The notes under the pieces: model-generated
Told to the model about the DNA's origin: nothing
Databases searched by the model: none
Seen by the model: only the letters and a program-made list of their open reading frames with translations
NCBI GenBank assembly: GCA_964291285.2
Contig: OZ219786.1
Location: 160,001-224,000 of the forward strand
DNA from: Alphaproteobacteria bacterium
Lineage (GTDB): Bacteria; Pseudomonadota; Alphaproteobacteria; Bin95
Reading direction: 5' to 3'
DNA length: 64,000 nt
Program-made: the position numbers and the translations under genes
Part shown: in pieces, positions 28,638-38,396 of the stretch
Layout: the number at the start of each line of letters is the position of its first letter
How positions within the stretch are numbered: position 1 is the first letter of the stretch

Positions 28638-30196
28638 TTTCCGAAGCGGTCCGGACCGCTCGCACGCTGCCCGGCCTGCTGAACGCTCTTGCGGAGAGCG
28701 CGCCCGGGCACGAGTTCCTGGTCTATCGCGACGAACGATGGACCTACGGCGCCTTCCGCGAAGAAGTCGCTCGGATCGCCGCCGGGCTCCATGCGCGCGG
28801 CATCCGCCGGGGCGATAATGTCGGCGTTCTGATGGGCAATTGTGCGGAGTGGCTCACGGTCATGTTCGCGGCGCTTTCACTCGGCGCACGGGTCGTGGCC
28901 GTCAATACCTGGTTCCGCACCCACGAGCTTCGCCATGTCTTCACCAGGGCGGACATCAGGCTTCTGGTCGCCTCCGACCGCTATCTCCGCCAGGACTATC
29001 CCGCCCTGCTCCGCGAGGCCGGCGCGTTCGGAAAGGTGGAAACCGTCGTCATTCTGGGCGATACGCCGCCCGACGCCTTGCCCTATTCCGCGCTGCGCCG
29101 CGAGCCTGGTGTCTTCCCGGACCCGGAGCCGGACGATGTGGCGCAAATCCTCTTCACCTCCGGCACGACGGCCATGCCGAAGGGTGCGCAGCTCACCCAT
29201 CGCGGAATCATCGAGAACATGCGCGCCATCGGCGAGCGGATGCGCCTCGGGCCCGAGGACCGGGTCTGGCTCGCAATCAATCTCTTCTGGAGCTTCGCCG
29301 CCGCCAACGCCCTCGGGGCTGCTCTTACCCACGGGGCGACCATAGTCCTCCAGCACGCCTTCGAGCCGGGCGAGGCGATGGCGCTAATCGAACGGGAACG
29401 CTGCTCCGTCTTCTACGGCATGCCCAACATGGCGTACGCGATGTGGGAGCATCCCGACCGGCCGGGGCGGGACCTTTCGTCCCTGCGGACCGGGCTCTCC
29501 ATCGGCACGCCCGGCGACATGGCGCTTATCGAACGGCTCGGGGTCAAGCGAATCCTTCAGGTTTACGGCCTGACAGAAGCCTATGGGAATTCAACAGTTT
29601 GCGACTATGACGACCCCCTGGAAATTCGGCACACGACATGCGGGCAGCCGTTGCCGGGGCAGGAGTTCCGTCTCGTCGACCCCGAAACGGGTCGCGACGG
29701 CGAGCGGGGCGAAATCTGGCTGCGCGGGCGGAATACACCCGGCTATTTCAACGATGCGGAACGCGCTTCCGAAATCTTCACCGCGGACGGCTGGATGAAG
29801 ACAGGAGACCTTGCGGCCTGGGACGAAGGGGGCCGCCTGCTTTTCCTCGGGCGCCTCAAGGAAATGCTGAAATCGGGCGGCATCAACATCGCGCCGCGCG
29901 AAATCGAGACATTCCTGCAGAACCGGCCCGGAGTCGCGGAAGCCTATGTCGTCGGCCTGCCGGACCCCGTGAAGGGCGAGGTGCCCGTGGCCGTCGTAGT
30001 CGCAGAACCGGGCGCGTCCCTCGATACGGATATTCTGAGACGGGCCTGCCGGGCGGAACTCGCCGCCTACAAGACGCCGCAGCGCATCGAGATCATCGAG
30101 CGCGCAGCCTTGCCGGTCACCGCGACCGGCAAGGTCCGCAAGCTCGACCTCGCCGAGCGGCTGGCCCGGCAGCCGTCGTCGGGCCAGTCTGCATGA
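28634..30196 (+). CDS. Class I adenylate-forming enzyme (acyl-CoA synthetase)
   Basis: FTSGTTAMPKG, YGLTE, KTGDL, GRLKEMLKSGG, TGKVRK. Confidence 0.92.
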   Translation: MISEAVRTARTLPGLLNALAESAPGHEFLVYRDERWTYGAFREEVARIAAGLHARGIRRGDNVGVLMGNCAEWLTVMFAALSLGARVVAVNTWFRTHELRHVFTRADIRLLVASDRYLRQDYPALLREAGAFGKVETVVILGDTPPDALPYSALRREPGVFPDPEPDDVAQILFTSGTTAMPKGAQLTHRGIIENMRAIGERMRLGPEDRVWLAINLFWSFAAANALGAALTHGATIVLQHAFEPGEAMALIERERCSVFYGMPNMAYAMWEHPDRPGRDLSSLRTGLSIGTPGDMALIERLGVKRILQVYGLTEAYGNSTVCDYDDPLEIRHTTCGQPLPGQEFRLVDPETGRDGERGEIWLRGRNTPGYFNDAERASEIFTADGWMKTGDLAAWDEGGRLLFLGRLKEMLKSGGINIAPREIETFLQNRPGVAEAYVVGLPDPVKGEVPVAVVVAEPGASLDTDILRRACRAELAAYKTPQRIEIIERAALPVTATGKVRKLDLAERLARQPSSGQSA

Positions 30197-30206
30197 AGGC
30201 CGTAAA

Positions 30207-31085
30207 CTAGCGCGGCAGGTTGCCCAGCCAGTCGGAGAGCGCCTTGCCGATCCCGTCGGGCGAATCTTCCTGAATGAAGTGGCTTCCCTTGACCTTCGCG
30301 ACGGTCTGGTTCGGCCAACCCAGGCAGAATTCCCTTTGCGGACCGGTCAGGATGGCGCCGGGCTCTGCATCGATGAAGAGCTTGGCGACATCCGAGGCGG
30401 CCAGCCACTCGGAATAGGCGCGCACGATCTCGACGACGTCCGTGGGCTCGCCGGAGATCGGGATTTCGCGCGGCCATGTCAGGGTCGGGCGGCGGTCCTC
30501 GCCCGGCGTCGCGAAAGGCCGCCGGTAAACCGCCATTTCCTCTTCGGATATCTTCCGAAGGATCGAGCCGGGCAGCACGCGCTCGACGAACACGTTCTTC
30601 TCCAGCACCATCCCTTCGCCCGCCGGCGAGCGGAAGCCCTGGAACACGGCCTTTGCCGCCTCGGGCCACTCCTCCCAGGTAACCGGCCGGACGAGCGCCT
30701 CCATGTAGCAGAAGCCCCGCACCCGGTCGCGGTGCCGGTTGCCCCAGTCGAAGCCAAGCGCCGAGCCCCAGTCGTGGATGACAAAGACGGCGTTGCCGCC
30801 GAGGCCGACAGCATCGAGGAAACCATCCAGATATTCGCGGTGTTCGACGAAGCGGTAGCTGCCGGGTCCGGGGTCGTCGATCTTGTCGCTGTCGCCCATG
30901 CCGATCAGGTCCGGCGCCAGGCACCGGGCCTGCCCCGCGACATGCGGCATGATGTTGCGCCAGAGGTAGGACGAGGTCGGATTGCCGTGAAGGAAGACGA
31001 CAGGGTCGCCCTCGCCCATCTCCACATAGGCCATGCGCTTGCCCTTCACCTCGACGAAGGACTTCGGCGGTTCGGCGGCATTCAT
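30207..31085 (-). CDS. Haloalkane dehalogenase (LinB/DhaA-like)
   Basis: HGNPTSSYLWRNI, nucleophile motif HDWGSALG, RRPTLTWPREIP, HFIQEDSP. Confidence 0.92.
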   Translation of the reverse strand: MNAAEPPKSFVEVKGKRMAYVEMGEGDPVVFLHGNPTSSYLWRNIMPHVAGQARCLAPDLIGMGDSDKIDDPGPGSYRFVEHREYLDGFLDAVGLGGNAVFVIHDWGSALGFDWGNRHRDRVRGFCYMEALVRPVTWEEWPEAAKAVFQGFRSPAGEGMVLEKNVFVERVLPGSILRKISEEEMAVYRRPFATPGEDRRPTLTWPREIPISGEPTDVVEIVRAYSEWLAASDVAKLFIDAEPGAILTGPQREFCLGWPNQTVAKVKGSHFIQEDSPDGIGKALSDWLGNLPR

Positions 31086-31091
31086 CGGCGG

Positions 31092-31880
31092 TTATTCCCC
31101 AGTGAAGTTCGGTTTGCGTTTCTCGGCGAAGGCGCCCACGCCCTCGCGCCCGTCGGCGCTGGAAGCGCGGGCGGCGATGGAGCGGGATTCCAGCTCCATC
31201 TGCGTTTCGAGACCGTTCTGGAAGCTCTCCATCATCAGACGCTTGACCGCGCCATAGGCTCCCGTCGGCCCGTCGGCGAAGGCGCGCGCCTGTTTCTCCG
31301 CCTCCGCCATCAGGTCGGCGTCCGGAACCACGCGGTCCACGATGCCGATCTCCATGGCCTCAGCCGCGCTCAGCATCCGGTTGGTCAGCGCCAGCTCCTT
31401 GGCGCGGCGGAAGCCCGTCAACCGGGGCAGGAACCATGTCGAGCTGCCGTCCGGCGACAGCGCGGCGGCCGTATAGGCCATGGTGAACCGGGCGCTCTCG
31501 CCCGCAAAGACGACATCGCCGGTCATCGCGAGCGACATCCCGCCGCCCGCCGCCATGCCGTTGACCGCGATGACGACCGGGGCGTCCATCCGGTTCATCA
31601 CGGCAATCGCCGTGTGCAGGCTCGCGGTCATCTCGGACAGCACCGACTCCACCCTGTCGCCGGCCTGGAGGAAGAATTTGAGGTCGCCGCCGGCGCTGAA
31701 CATCCTGCCCGCGCCGGTCATCAGCACAGCCCGCACCGCCCTGTTCTTGTCGCAGTCGATCATGATGCGGTGGAACGCCCGGACGAACTCCAGGTCGAAG
31801 GCGTTGGCGGCATCCGGCCGATTGAGCGTCACATGGGCGAGGCCGTCGCGAACCTCGTAAAGGATCGGGTCTTCGGACAT
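31092..31880 (-). CDS. Enoyl-CoA hydratase/isomerase (PaaG-like)
   Basis: LNRPDAANA, FSAGGDL, AVNGMAAGGG, PDGSSTWFLPR. Confidence 0.9.
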   Translation of the reverse strand: MSEDPILYEVRDGLAHVTLNRPDAANAFDLEFVRAFHRIMIDCDKNRAVRAVLMTGAGRMFSAGGDLKFFLQAGDRVESVLSEMTASLHTAIAVMNRMDAPVVIAVNGMAAGGGMSLAMTGDVVFAGESARFTMAYTAAALSPDGSSTWFLPRLTGFRRAKELALTNRMLSAAEAMEIGIVDRVVPDADLMAEAEKQARAFADGPTGAYGAVKRLMMESFQNGLETQMELESRSIAARASSADGREGVGAFAEKRKPNFTGE

Positions 31881-31887
31881 GGCGCGG

Positions 31888-32868
31888 CTACTCCACCAGC
31901 AGGACCGTGGACCCCGTGGTCCTGCGGCCTTCCAGGTCCTCATGCGCCTTCCTGGCGTCCGCCAGCGCATAGGTCTGGTTCACCTCGATCCTGACCCTGC
32001 CTGAACTCACCATGGCGAACAGCGCATCGGCCGACGCCTGCACCTCCGGCTGCGTCAGCGTATAGTGCACGAGGGACGGGCGGGTCAGGTAAAGCGAACC
32101 CTTGGCCCCGAGAATGCCTGGCGCAAAGGACGGAGCCGGGCCGGATGCATTGCCGAACGACACCATCACCCCGCGCGGCGCAAGGCAGTCCAGCGATTCC
32201 TCCCAGGTCGCCTTGCCGACGCTGTCATAGACGACCGGAACGCCGGCCCCGCCGGTCAATTCGCGCACCTGCCGCGCAATGCCGCCTTGCTTGTAGTCGA
32301 TCATGTGGTCGTAGCCGTAACCCTTGGCGAGTGCGCATTTCTCGGGGCCGCCTGCCGTGCCGATCACGGTCGCGCCGAGCGCCTTGGCCCACTGCCCGGC
32401 GATCAGGCCGACGCCGCCGGCCGCAGCGTGGAACAGGATGGTCTGGCCCGCCGACACCTTGAAGGTGCGGTTGAGCAGGTATTCGACGGTCATGCCCTTC
32501 AGCATCATTGCAGCGGCCTGCCTGTCGTCGATTTCGTCCGGCAACTTCACCAGCCGGTCGGCGGGCATCACGCGCGCTTCCGAATAGGAACCGGGGGCGC
32601 CGCCCGCATAGGCCGCCCTGTCGCCCGGCCGGACATGCCCGACACCTTCCCCGACCGCTTCGACGACGCCCGCCCCCTCGCTGCCGAGCCCGCTCGGCAT
32701 GGGCAGGTCGTAGAGGCCGGACCGGTGGTAGGTGTCGATATAGTTCAGCCCGATTGCGGTATGGCGGATCAGCGCTTCGCCGGGGCCGGGCTCGCCGACC
32801 GTCACCGTACGCAACTCCATCGCCGACGGGGGACCGGGCCTGTCGATCTGTATGGCTTTGACCTGCAT
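31888..32868 (-). CDS. qor: NADPH:quinone oxidoreductase
   Basis: GLNYIDTYHRSGLY, HAAAGGVG, YDSVGK, GRRTTGS. Confidence 0.92.
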   Translation of the reverse strand: MQVKAIQIDRPGPPSAMELRTVTVGEPGPGEALIRHTAIGLNYIDTYHRSGLYDLPMPSGLGSEGAGVVEAVGEGVGHVRPGDRAAYAGGAPGSYSEARVMPADRLVKLPDEIDDRQAAAMMLKGMTVEYLLNRTFKVSAGQTILFHAAAGGVGLIAGQWAKALGATVIGTAGGPEKCALAKGYGYDHMIDYKQGGIARQVRELTGGAGVPVVYDSVGKATWEESLDCLAPRGVMVSFGNASGPAPSFAPGILGAKGSLYLTRPSLVHYTLTQPEVQASADALFAMVSSGRVRIEVNQTYALADARKAHEDLEGRRTTGSTVLLVE

Positions 32869-32936
32869 CCTGCCTCACTTTATGTAGCGTCGTCCCGTTG
32901 TTTCGCGCATCGCTGCAGATTCCGCAAGGAGCATCC

Positions 32937-34148
32937 ATGACCCGTTACGCCGACATGCCGGAAGGTATGGCCAGGCATCTGGCCCGCCTGCCGCTGCCCG
33001 AAATCGAGGGCGGCGCCTTCGTTTCCGGGCCGACGCTTTCCGAACGCCGGGTCGCCGTGGTTTCCTCCGCAGGCCTCGGCAGGCGCGGAGACCGTCCGTT
33101 CGGTCCCGGAGCTGTCGATTACCGGGTGCTGCCGACGGATACCGACGCCAATGACATCCTGATGAGCCACATTTCGGTCAATTACGACCGGACCGGCTTC
33201 CAGCAGGACCTCAACATCGTCTATCCCGTGGAGCGGCTCGAAGAAATGGCCGCCCGCGGCGAGATCGGCGGCGTTGCGGCCCACCATTATTCCTTCATGG
33301 GCGCGAGCGACCCCGCGCCGATGCAGCCCTTCGCCGAGGATGTCGCGGCCGCCATGCAGGCCGAAGGCGTCGATACGGCGCTGCTGGTGCCCGTCTGACC
33401 AAACTGCACGCGCGCCGTGTGCGCGCTTGCCCACTATCTGGAGCGCAAGGGCATCGCGACGGTGGTTATCGCCCTCGTCCACGAACATGCCGAGGCGATT
33501 GCCAATCCGCGCACGCTTTCCGTGCCGTTCGAGCTCGGCAGGCCGCTCGGTGCGCCTGACAATCCGGAGTTCCAGCTCCGTGTGTTGCGCGCCGCCCTTG
33601 CGCTGCTCGACCGGCCCGCCGGCCCGGTGCTGGACGAGTTTCCCGATCCCGCGCCGGAGCCCGCCGATTACGAGGGCTGGGCCTGTCCCGTGTCCCTTCC
33701 CCGGCCCGAGACCGCCCTGGACGGCAAACACGAGCGGCTTGTTGTCGATGAAATTGCCCGCCTTCGGCCGTGGTGGGACCTTGCTAAGGAACGGCGCGGG
33801 AGGACCACGGTCGGCGCCAGCGGCTACGAGATCGAGGACGCCGCGAGGCTTGTCAGCCGTTATGCGGACGGCGCGGACCCGGACGACACGGACCCTGCGC
33901 GCAAGCTTTCCCGCTCCCTGAAGCTCGCCTGCGACGACCTGATGGCCTTCTACACCGAAGCCGCTACGGCACAGCCCGGCGCGGTTGCCTCGCAGGATCT
34001 GTCGGACTGGTTCTGGGGTGAAACGGCGGGCGGCAAGGCACTGCTCGCGGTCCGCGAGCGCGCGGCCGGCGAGGACGACAGGGGCATGCAACTTCTCGGC
34101 AGCCTGCTCATCCTGCCCAGAAGCCAGGTTCACCGCGCCGGGGCCTAG
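32937..34148 (+). CDS. GrdB/PrdB-like reductase selenoprotein; Sec at TGA 33396-33398
   Basis: ORFs ending at 33398 and starting at 33417 share a frame. Read-through gives VDTALLVPV-U-PNCTRAVCALAHYLERKGIATV; N-terminal DLNIVYPVERL and HYSFMG. Confidence 0.85.
33406..33430 (+). promoter_or_regulatory. Putative bacterial SECIS hairpin
   Basis: GCA-C-GCGCGC-CGUGU-GCGCGC-U-UGC; loop begins 17 nt after the UGA and has G then U. Confidence 0.7.
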
Positions 34149-34179
34149 AAATAGCCTGATTCTTGGGCCTATATGACGC

Positions 34180-36237
34180 ATGGCGCGCCAGGGCGACAAA
34201 AGAGGCAGGGGAAACGCCGGGCAGCGGCGCCGGGGCGGTCCGAGCCTGCGCAAAGGGCCGGGGGGAAAGTCCGGGCCGGCCCCGGAATCGCCACATTCAC
34301 CGGGCAGAACGCTCGGGAACAAACGGCCCGGAAAAGTGGCGCCCAAACGGAAATCACCCAGCCGGACCGGACGCCGGACAAGAAGGGCGGGCGGCGCGCG
34401 CCGGTCCCTGCTGCGGCGTCTCGTCTCCGGGATGACGGTCGCCTTCGTCTGGGGCCTTGTCGCACTGATCGCGGTGCTCGCCTATTTCTCCTACACGCTG
34501 CCCGATGTCGAGCGGATGGCGGAAAGCGGTCGGCGGCCGGGCATTTTCCTGAACGATGTGGACGGCAACCCCGTTCTGGCGAAGGGGGACCTCTACGGCG
34601 ACCCGGTCGATGCGTCGCGGCTTCCGCCCTATCTGCCGCGCGCCGTCATTGCCATCGAGGACCGGCGCTTCTACGAGCATGGCGGCATCGACCCGATCGG
34701 CCTGGCGCGGGCGCTCTGGGTCAACATCGTCGAGGGAGGCGTGCGCCAGGGCGGCAGCACGATCACCCAGCAGCTTGCGAAGAACGTCTTCCTGACGCCG
34801 GAGCGGTCGATCGAGCGAAAGATCCGCGAGGCGCTGCTCGCCTTCTGGCTGGAGTGGCGCTACGACAAGAACCACATCATTTCGCTTTATCTCAACCGGG
34901 CCTATTTCGGGTCTGGAGCCTATGGCGTCGATGCCGCCGCGCGGCGCTTCTTCTCCAAGCCGGCGGCCGAAGTCGATCTCTGGGAAGCCGCCGTGCTGGC
35001 CGGGCTGCTGAAGGCGCCGAGCCGGTTGTCGCCCGTCGCCAATCCGGGCGGCGCGGCAGAGCGGGGGCGGCTTGTGCTGAAGGCGATGGCAAGCGCCGGC
35101 TTCATTTCCGGTGAGCAGGCCGCGCAGGCGGCCGCCTCCACCTTGCGGACGACGACGGAACCGGACGGCCGGGGCTATTTCGCGGACTGGGTGCTGGCGC
35201 AGGTGAACCGGCGTCTGGGAATGGTGGACCGCGACCTCCGGATTGCCACGACCTTCGATCCCGGCCTGCAGCGCCTCGCGGCGGAAACGGTCGCCGCGGC
35301 GCTGGCGGACAGGACAAACCCGTCCCAGGTCGCCCTTGTGGCCATGTCGCCCGACGGCGCGGTGCGGGCCATGGTGGGCGGCAGGAACTACGGCGCGAGC
35401 CAATTCAACCGCGCGACGCAGGCGCTTCGCCAGCCGGGCTCCGCCTTCAAGCTGTTCGTCTATATGGCGGCGCTGGAGCGGGGCCTGCGTCCGGACGACA
35501 CCGTGACCGACGCCCGTGTCAACGTCGGAGGATGGGCGCCCGGGAACTTCGACGGCCGGTTCCGCGGCTCGGTCGCCATGCGGGAGGCCTTCGCCCAGTC
35601 GCTGAACGCCGCCGCCGTCCGCCTCGCCGACCGTGCCGGGCGCGCCCGCGTCGCCGAGGCGGCGCGCCGCCTCGGCATCACATCGGACCTTGCGCCCGAT
35701 CTCACCATTGCGCTCGGGTCCAGCAGCGTGAGGCTGATCGAGCTGACCGGCGCCTACGCTACCTTCGCCAATGGCGGCGCAGGCGTGATCCCGTACGGCG
35801 TTCGGGAGATCGAGGGCGTGTTCGAGCGGTCCGGCACCGGCGCGGGCGAGGCGGTGGCGCCCGGCGTGGTGGCGTCCATGAACGACCTGCTTGCCGCCGT
35901 CGTTTCCCAGGGTACCGGCAAAGCCGCGCGGCTGGCCGGCCGCCCGGCCGCCGGCAAGACGGGCACCAGCCAGTCCTTCCGAGACGCCTTCTTCGTCGGT
36001 TTCACCGGCAATCTGGTCGCCGGTGTGTGGGTCGGCAACGATGACGGCGCGCCGATGGACGAGGTGACGGGCGGCGGCCTGCCGGCGCGTATCTGGCACG
36101 ATTTCATGGCGGCGGCGCATGAAGGCGCGCCCGTGCGGCCGATCCCCGGCCTCGGTTCCGGCAGGGCGCCCTCCCCCTTCCGGCCGAAGATCACCGGCGG
36201 CGCCTCCGCCACACCTGACCCGTCCAACGACCCTTAA
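34180..36237 (+). CDS. Class A penicillin-binding protein (PBP1A family)
   Basis: EDRRFYEH, GGSTITQQLAKN, RKIRE, QPGSAFK, SLN, KTGT. Confidence 0.93.
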   Translation: MARQGDKRGRGNAGQRRRGGPSLRKGPGGKSGPAPESPHSPGRTLGNKRPGKVAPKRKSPSRTGRRTRRAGGARRSLLRRLVSGMTVAFVWGLVALIAVLAYFSYTLPDVERMAESGRRPGIFLNDVDGNPVLAKGDLYGDPVDASRLPPYLPRAVIAIEDRRFYEHGGIDPIGLARALWVNIVEGGVRQGGSTITQQLAKNVFLTPERSIERKIREALLAFWLEWRYDKNHIISLYLNRAYFGSGAYGVDAAARRFFSKPAAEVDLWEAAVLAGLLKAPSRLSPVANPGGAAERGRLVLKAMASAGFISGEQAAQAAASTLRTTTEPDGRGYFADWVLAQVNRRLGMVDRDLRIATTFDPGLQRLAAETVAAALADRTNPSQVALVAMSPDGAVRAMVGGRNYGASQFNRATQALRQPGSAFKLFVYMAALERGLRPDDTVTDARVNVGGWAPGNFDGRFRGSVAMREAFAQSLNAAAVRLADRAGRARVAEAARRLGITSDLAPDLTIALGSSSVRLIELTGAYATFANGGAGVIPYGVREIEGVFERSGTGAGEAVAPGVVASMNDLLAAVVSQGTGKAARLAGRPAAGKTGTSQSFRDAFFVGFTGNLVAGVWVGNDDGAPMDEVTGGGLPARIWHDFMAAAHEGAPVRPIPGLGSGRAPSPFRPKITGGASATPDPSNDP

Positions 36238-36249
36238 GCCCGCCCGGCT

Positions 36250-36876
36250 CTACCCCGCCGGGAGCGTTGCCGCGCGGAAACGGTCCTTGGAGAGCGCGGC
36301 GTCTAGGGAACGCCTAATGACGGGCGGCGGCGCGTCCGGGGTAATCCTGAGCAGTACGAACGAGGTGCCGTTGGCTTCGCGCAGCAGCCGGCCGGCCTCT
36401 TCGATCCCGTCTGCTTCAGACACCGAGCGGACCGCCGGGATTCCCGCCCCGGACGCCATCGCGGCGAGGTCCACGCCGAGCGAGGTGTGGCTCTTCTGGT
36501 AGCCGGTCTCGCCGTAGTGGCCGTTATCGACGCAGACGATGGAGAGGTTGGGCGGGTTCAGGATCGCCACGGTCGCAAGCGAACCCACATTCATCAAGAG
36601 CTCGCCATCGCCCGTCAGCACCAGCACGCTGCGGTCGGGCCGCGCAAGCGCAAGTCCGAGCCCCATGGCGACCGCGCCGCCCATGACGCCCGCACAGGCG
36701 AAATAGTTGGCCTCGGGCTCGCACATGGCCGCCGTGTCCCTTGCCGTGCCGGCCAGGCCCGCGACGATCAGCCAGTCCTGCGGATTGCCCACCAGCGCGG
36801 GCACGGCTTCGCGCCTGTCGAGCGTGCCGACGGGGCTCATTTCTACCGCGGTTCCGGCCCGGAACGCCTCGTTCAT
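36250..36876 (-). CDS. TPP-binding decarboxylase beta subunit (sulfopyruvate/phosphonopyruvate decarboxylase-like)
   Basis: MGGAVAMGLGLALARP, GDGELLMN...DNGHYGETG. Confidence 0.82.
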   Translation of the reverse strand: MNEAFRAGTAVEMSPVGTLDRREAVPALVGNPQDWLIVAGLAGTARDTAAMCEPEANYFACAGVMGGAVAMGLGLALARPDRSVLVLTGDGELLMNVGSLATVAILNPPNLSIVCVDNGHYGETGYQKSHTSLGVDLAAMASGAGIPAVRSVSEADGIEEAGRLLREANGTSFVLLRITPDAPPPVIRRSLDAALSKDRFRAATLPAG

Positions 36877-36892
36877 CGCTTCCACTCCCCCG

Positions 36893-37399
36893 TCAAAACG
36901 CCTTGGCGCCAATCAATTTCTGCGTGAGCAGAACGCCCACCGCCTGCCCCGACCGGAACACCATGGTGCAGGCCGCGCGCATCGCGCCTTCGACATCCTC
37001 GGGCCGATCGATCCGCATGGTGACGAAACCCATCGCCTCCATCACCGGCTCGACCGCCTGCCCCATCGGCATCTGCCACGGATTGCCCTCGCCGAAATCG
37101 CCGCGCATCGACACCAGCACCAGCATCGGAAAGAGGCCGTTCTTCACCAGCGAGAACATGTTGACGCAGTTGCCGATGCCCGAGGACTGCATGGCCGCAA
37201 CGCCGCGCGCCCCGCCCAGATGGGCGCCGGCCAGCATGGCGATGCCCTCCTCCTCCGTGGTTAGCGGCACGGAATGCATCTCCGGGTCTTCGAGAGACTT
37301 GTCGATCAGCACCCGGTGGCCCGCGTCCGGCACATAGCTCACCTGGCTGACATCGAACTCCTTGAGGACCCGGTAGAGGTCCTCCTGCCAATCCGTCAT
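36893..37399 (-). CDS. TPP-dependent decarboxylase alpha subunit (ComD-like)
   Basis: YVPD, TTEEEGIAMLAGAHLGG, MQSSGIGN, RGDFGEGNPWQ. Confidence 0.82.
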   Translation of the reverse strand: MTDWQEDLYRVLKEFDVSQVSYVPDAGHRVLIDKSLEDPEMHSVPLTTEEEGIAMLAGAHLGGARGVAAMQSSGIGNCVNMFSLVKNGLFPMLVLVSMRGDFGEGNPWQMPMGQAVEPVMEAMGFVTMRIDRPEDVEGAMRAACTMVFRSGQAVGVLLTQKLIGAKAF

Positions 37400-37427
37400 C
37401 GCTTCAAGTCCTCTTGGAAAAAAGGGT

Positions 37428-38396
37428 TCACAACTGCGCGCGAACCGCCGCTGCAATGGCGTCCGGGCCCACGCGCAGCATGTCCTCAAGCGGCTTTGCG
37501 TAGGGGATCGGCACGCGCGGCGCGCCGAGGCGCTTTACCGGCGCCTTCAGGCTGCCGAACAGGGATTCCGAGACGGTTGCAGCAACCTCGGCCCCGAAGC
37601 CGCCGACCGAGACCGCTTCATGCGCCACCACCAGCCGCCCGGTCCTGCGCACCGAGGCCAGCACCGCCTCGCGGTCCCACGGCCAGAGCGTGCGCAGGTC
37701 GATGACCTCCACCGACACGCCTTCCTCCGCCAGCATCTCCGCCGCAGCAACGGCATTGCGGACCGCGGCGGACCAGGAGACCACGGTTGCGTCGCCGCCC
37801 TCGCGCACGACCCGCGCGCTGCCGAGCGTATCGGGCGGCTCGTCCTCGCCGAGCTCCTCCTCGATCCCCCACAGGTCCTTGTGTTCCATATAGACCACGG
37901 GGTCGTCGCTGCGGATCGCCGCCTTCAGCAGGCGCAGATTGTCGCCCGGCGTCGAGGGCGCAACGACCGTCAGGCCCGGAATATGCACATACCAGGCCTC
38001 CAGCGATTGCGAATGCTGGGCGGCGGAGGAGCGCCACATGCCCATCGGCTCGCGCACGACCAGCGGCACGCCGCCCTGCCCGCCGAACATGTAGCGGGCC
38101 TTGGCCGCCTGGTTCACAAGCTCGTCCACGGCGCAGAGGGCGAAATCGGCGAAGCGCATCTCCACCACCGGCCGCGTGCCCGCCAGCGCCGCACCGACTG
38201 CGGAGCCGAGGATCGCCGCCTCGGAAATCGGCGCGTCCGAAATCCTGAGCGGTCCGAACTCCTCCGCCATGCCGGCATACTGCCCGAAGACGCCGCCGCG
38301 CCCGAGGTCCTCGCCGAGCGCCCACACGGTCGGGTCGCGACGCATTTCCTCGGCCAGCGCCCGCCGGCCGGCCTCCATATAGGTGGTCGTCACCAT
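37428..38396 (-). CDS. 2-oxoacid/acetoin dehydrogenase E1 beta subunit
   Basis: DAPISEAAI, NQAAK, AQHSQSLE, DLRTLWP. Confidence 0.92.
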   Translation of the reverse strand: MVTTTYMEAGRRALAEEMRRDPTVWALGEDLGRGGVFGQYAGMAEEFGPLRISDAPISEAAILGSAVGAALAGTRPVVEMRFADFALCAVDELVNQAAKARYMFGGQGGVPLVVREPMGMWRSSAAQHSQSLEAWYVHIPGLTVVAPSTPGDNLRLLKAAIRSDDPVVYMEHKDLWGIEEELGEDEPPDTLGSARVVREGGDATVVSWSAAVRNAVAAAEMLAEEGVSVEVIDLRTLWPWDREAVLASVRRTGRLVVAHEAVSVGGFGAEVAATVSESLFGSLKAPVKRLGAPRVPIPYAKPLEDMLRVGPDAIAAAVRAQL

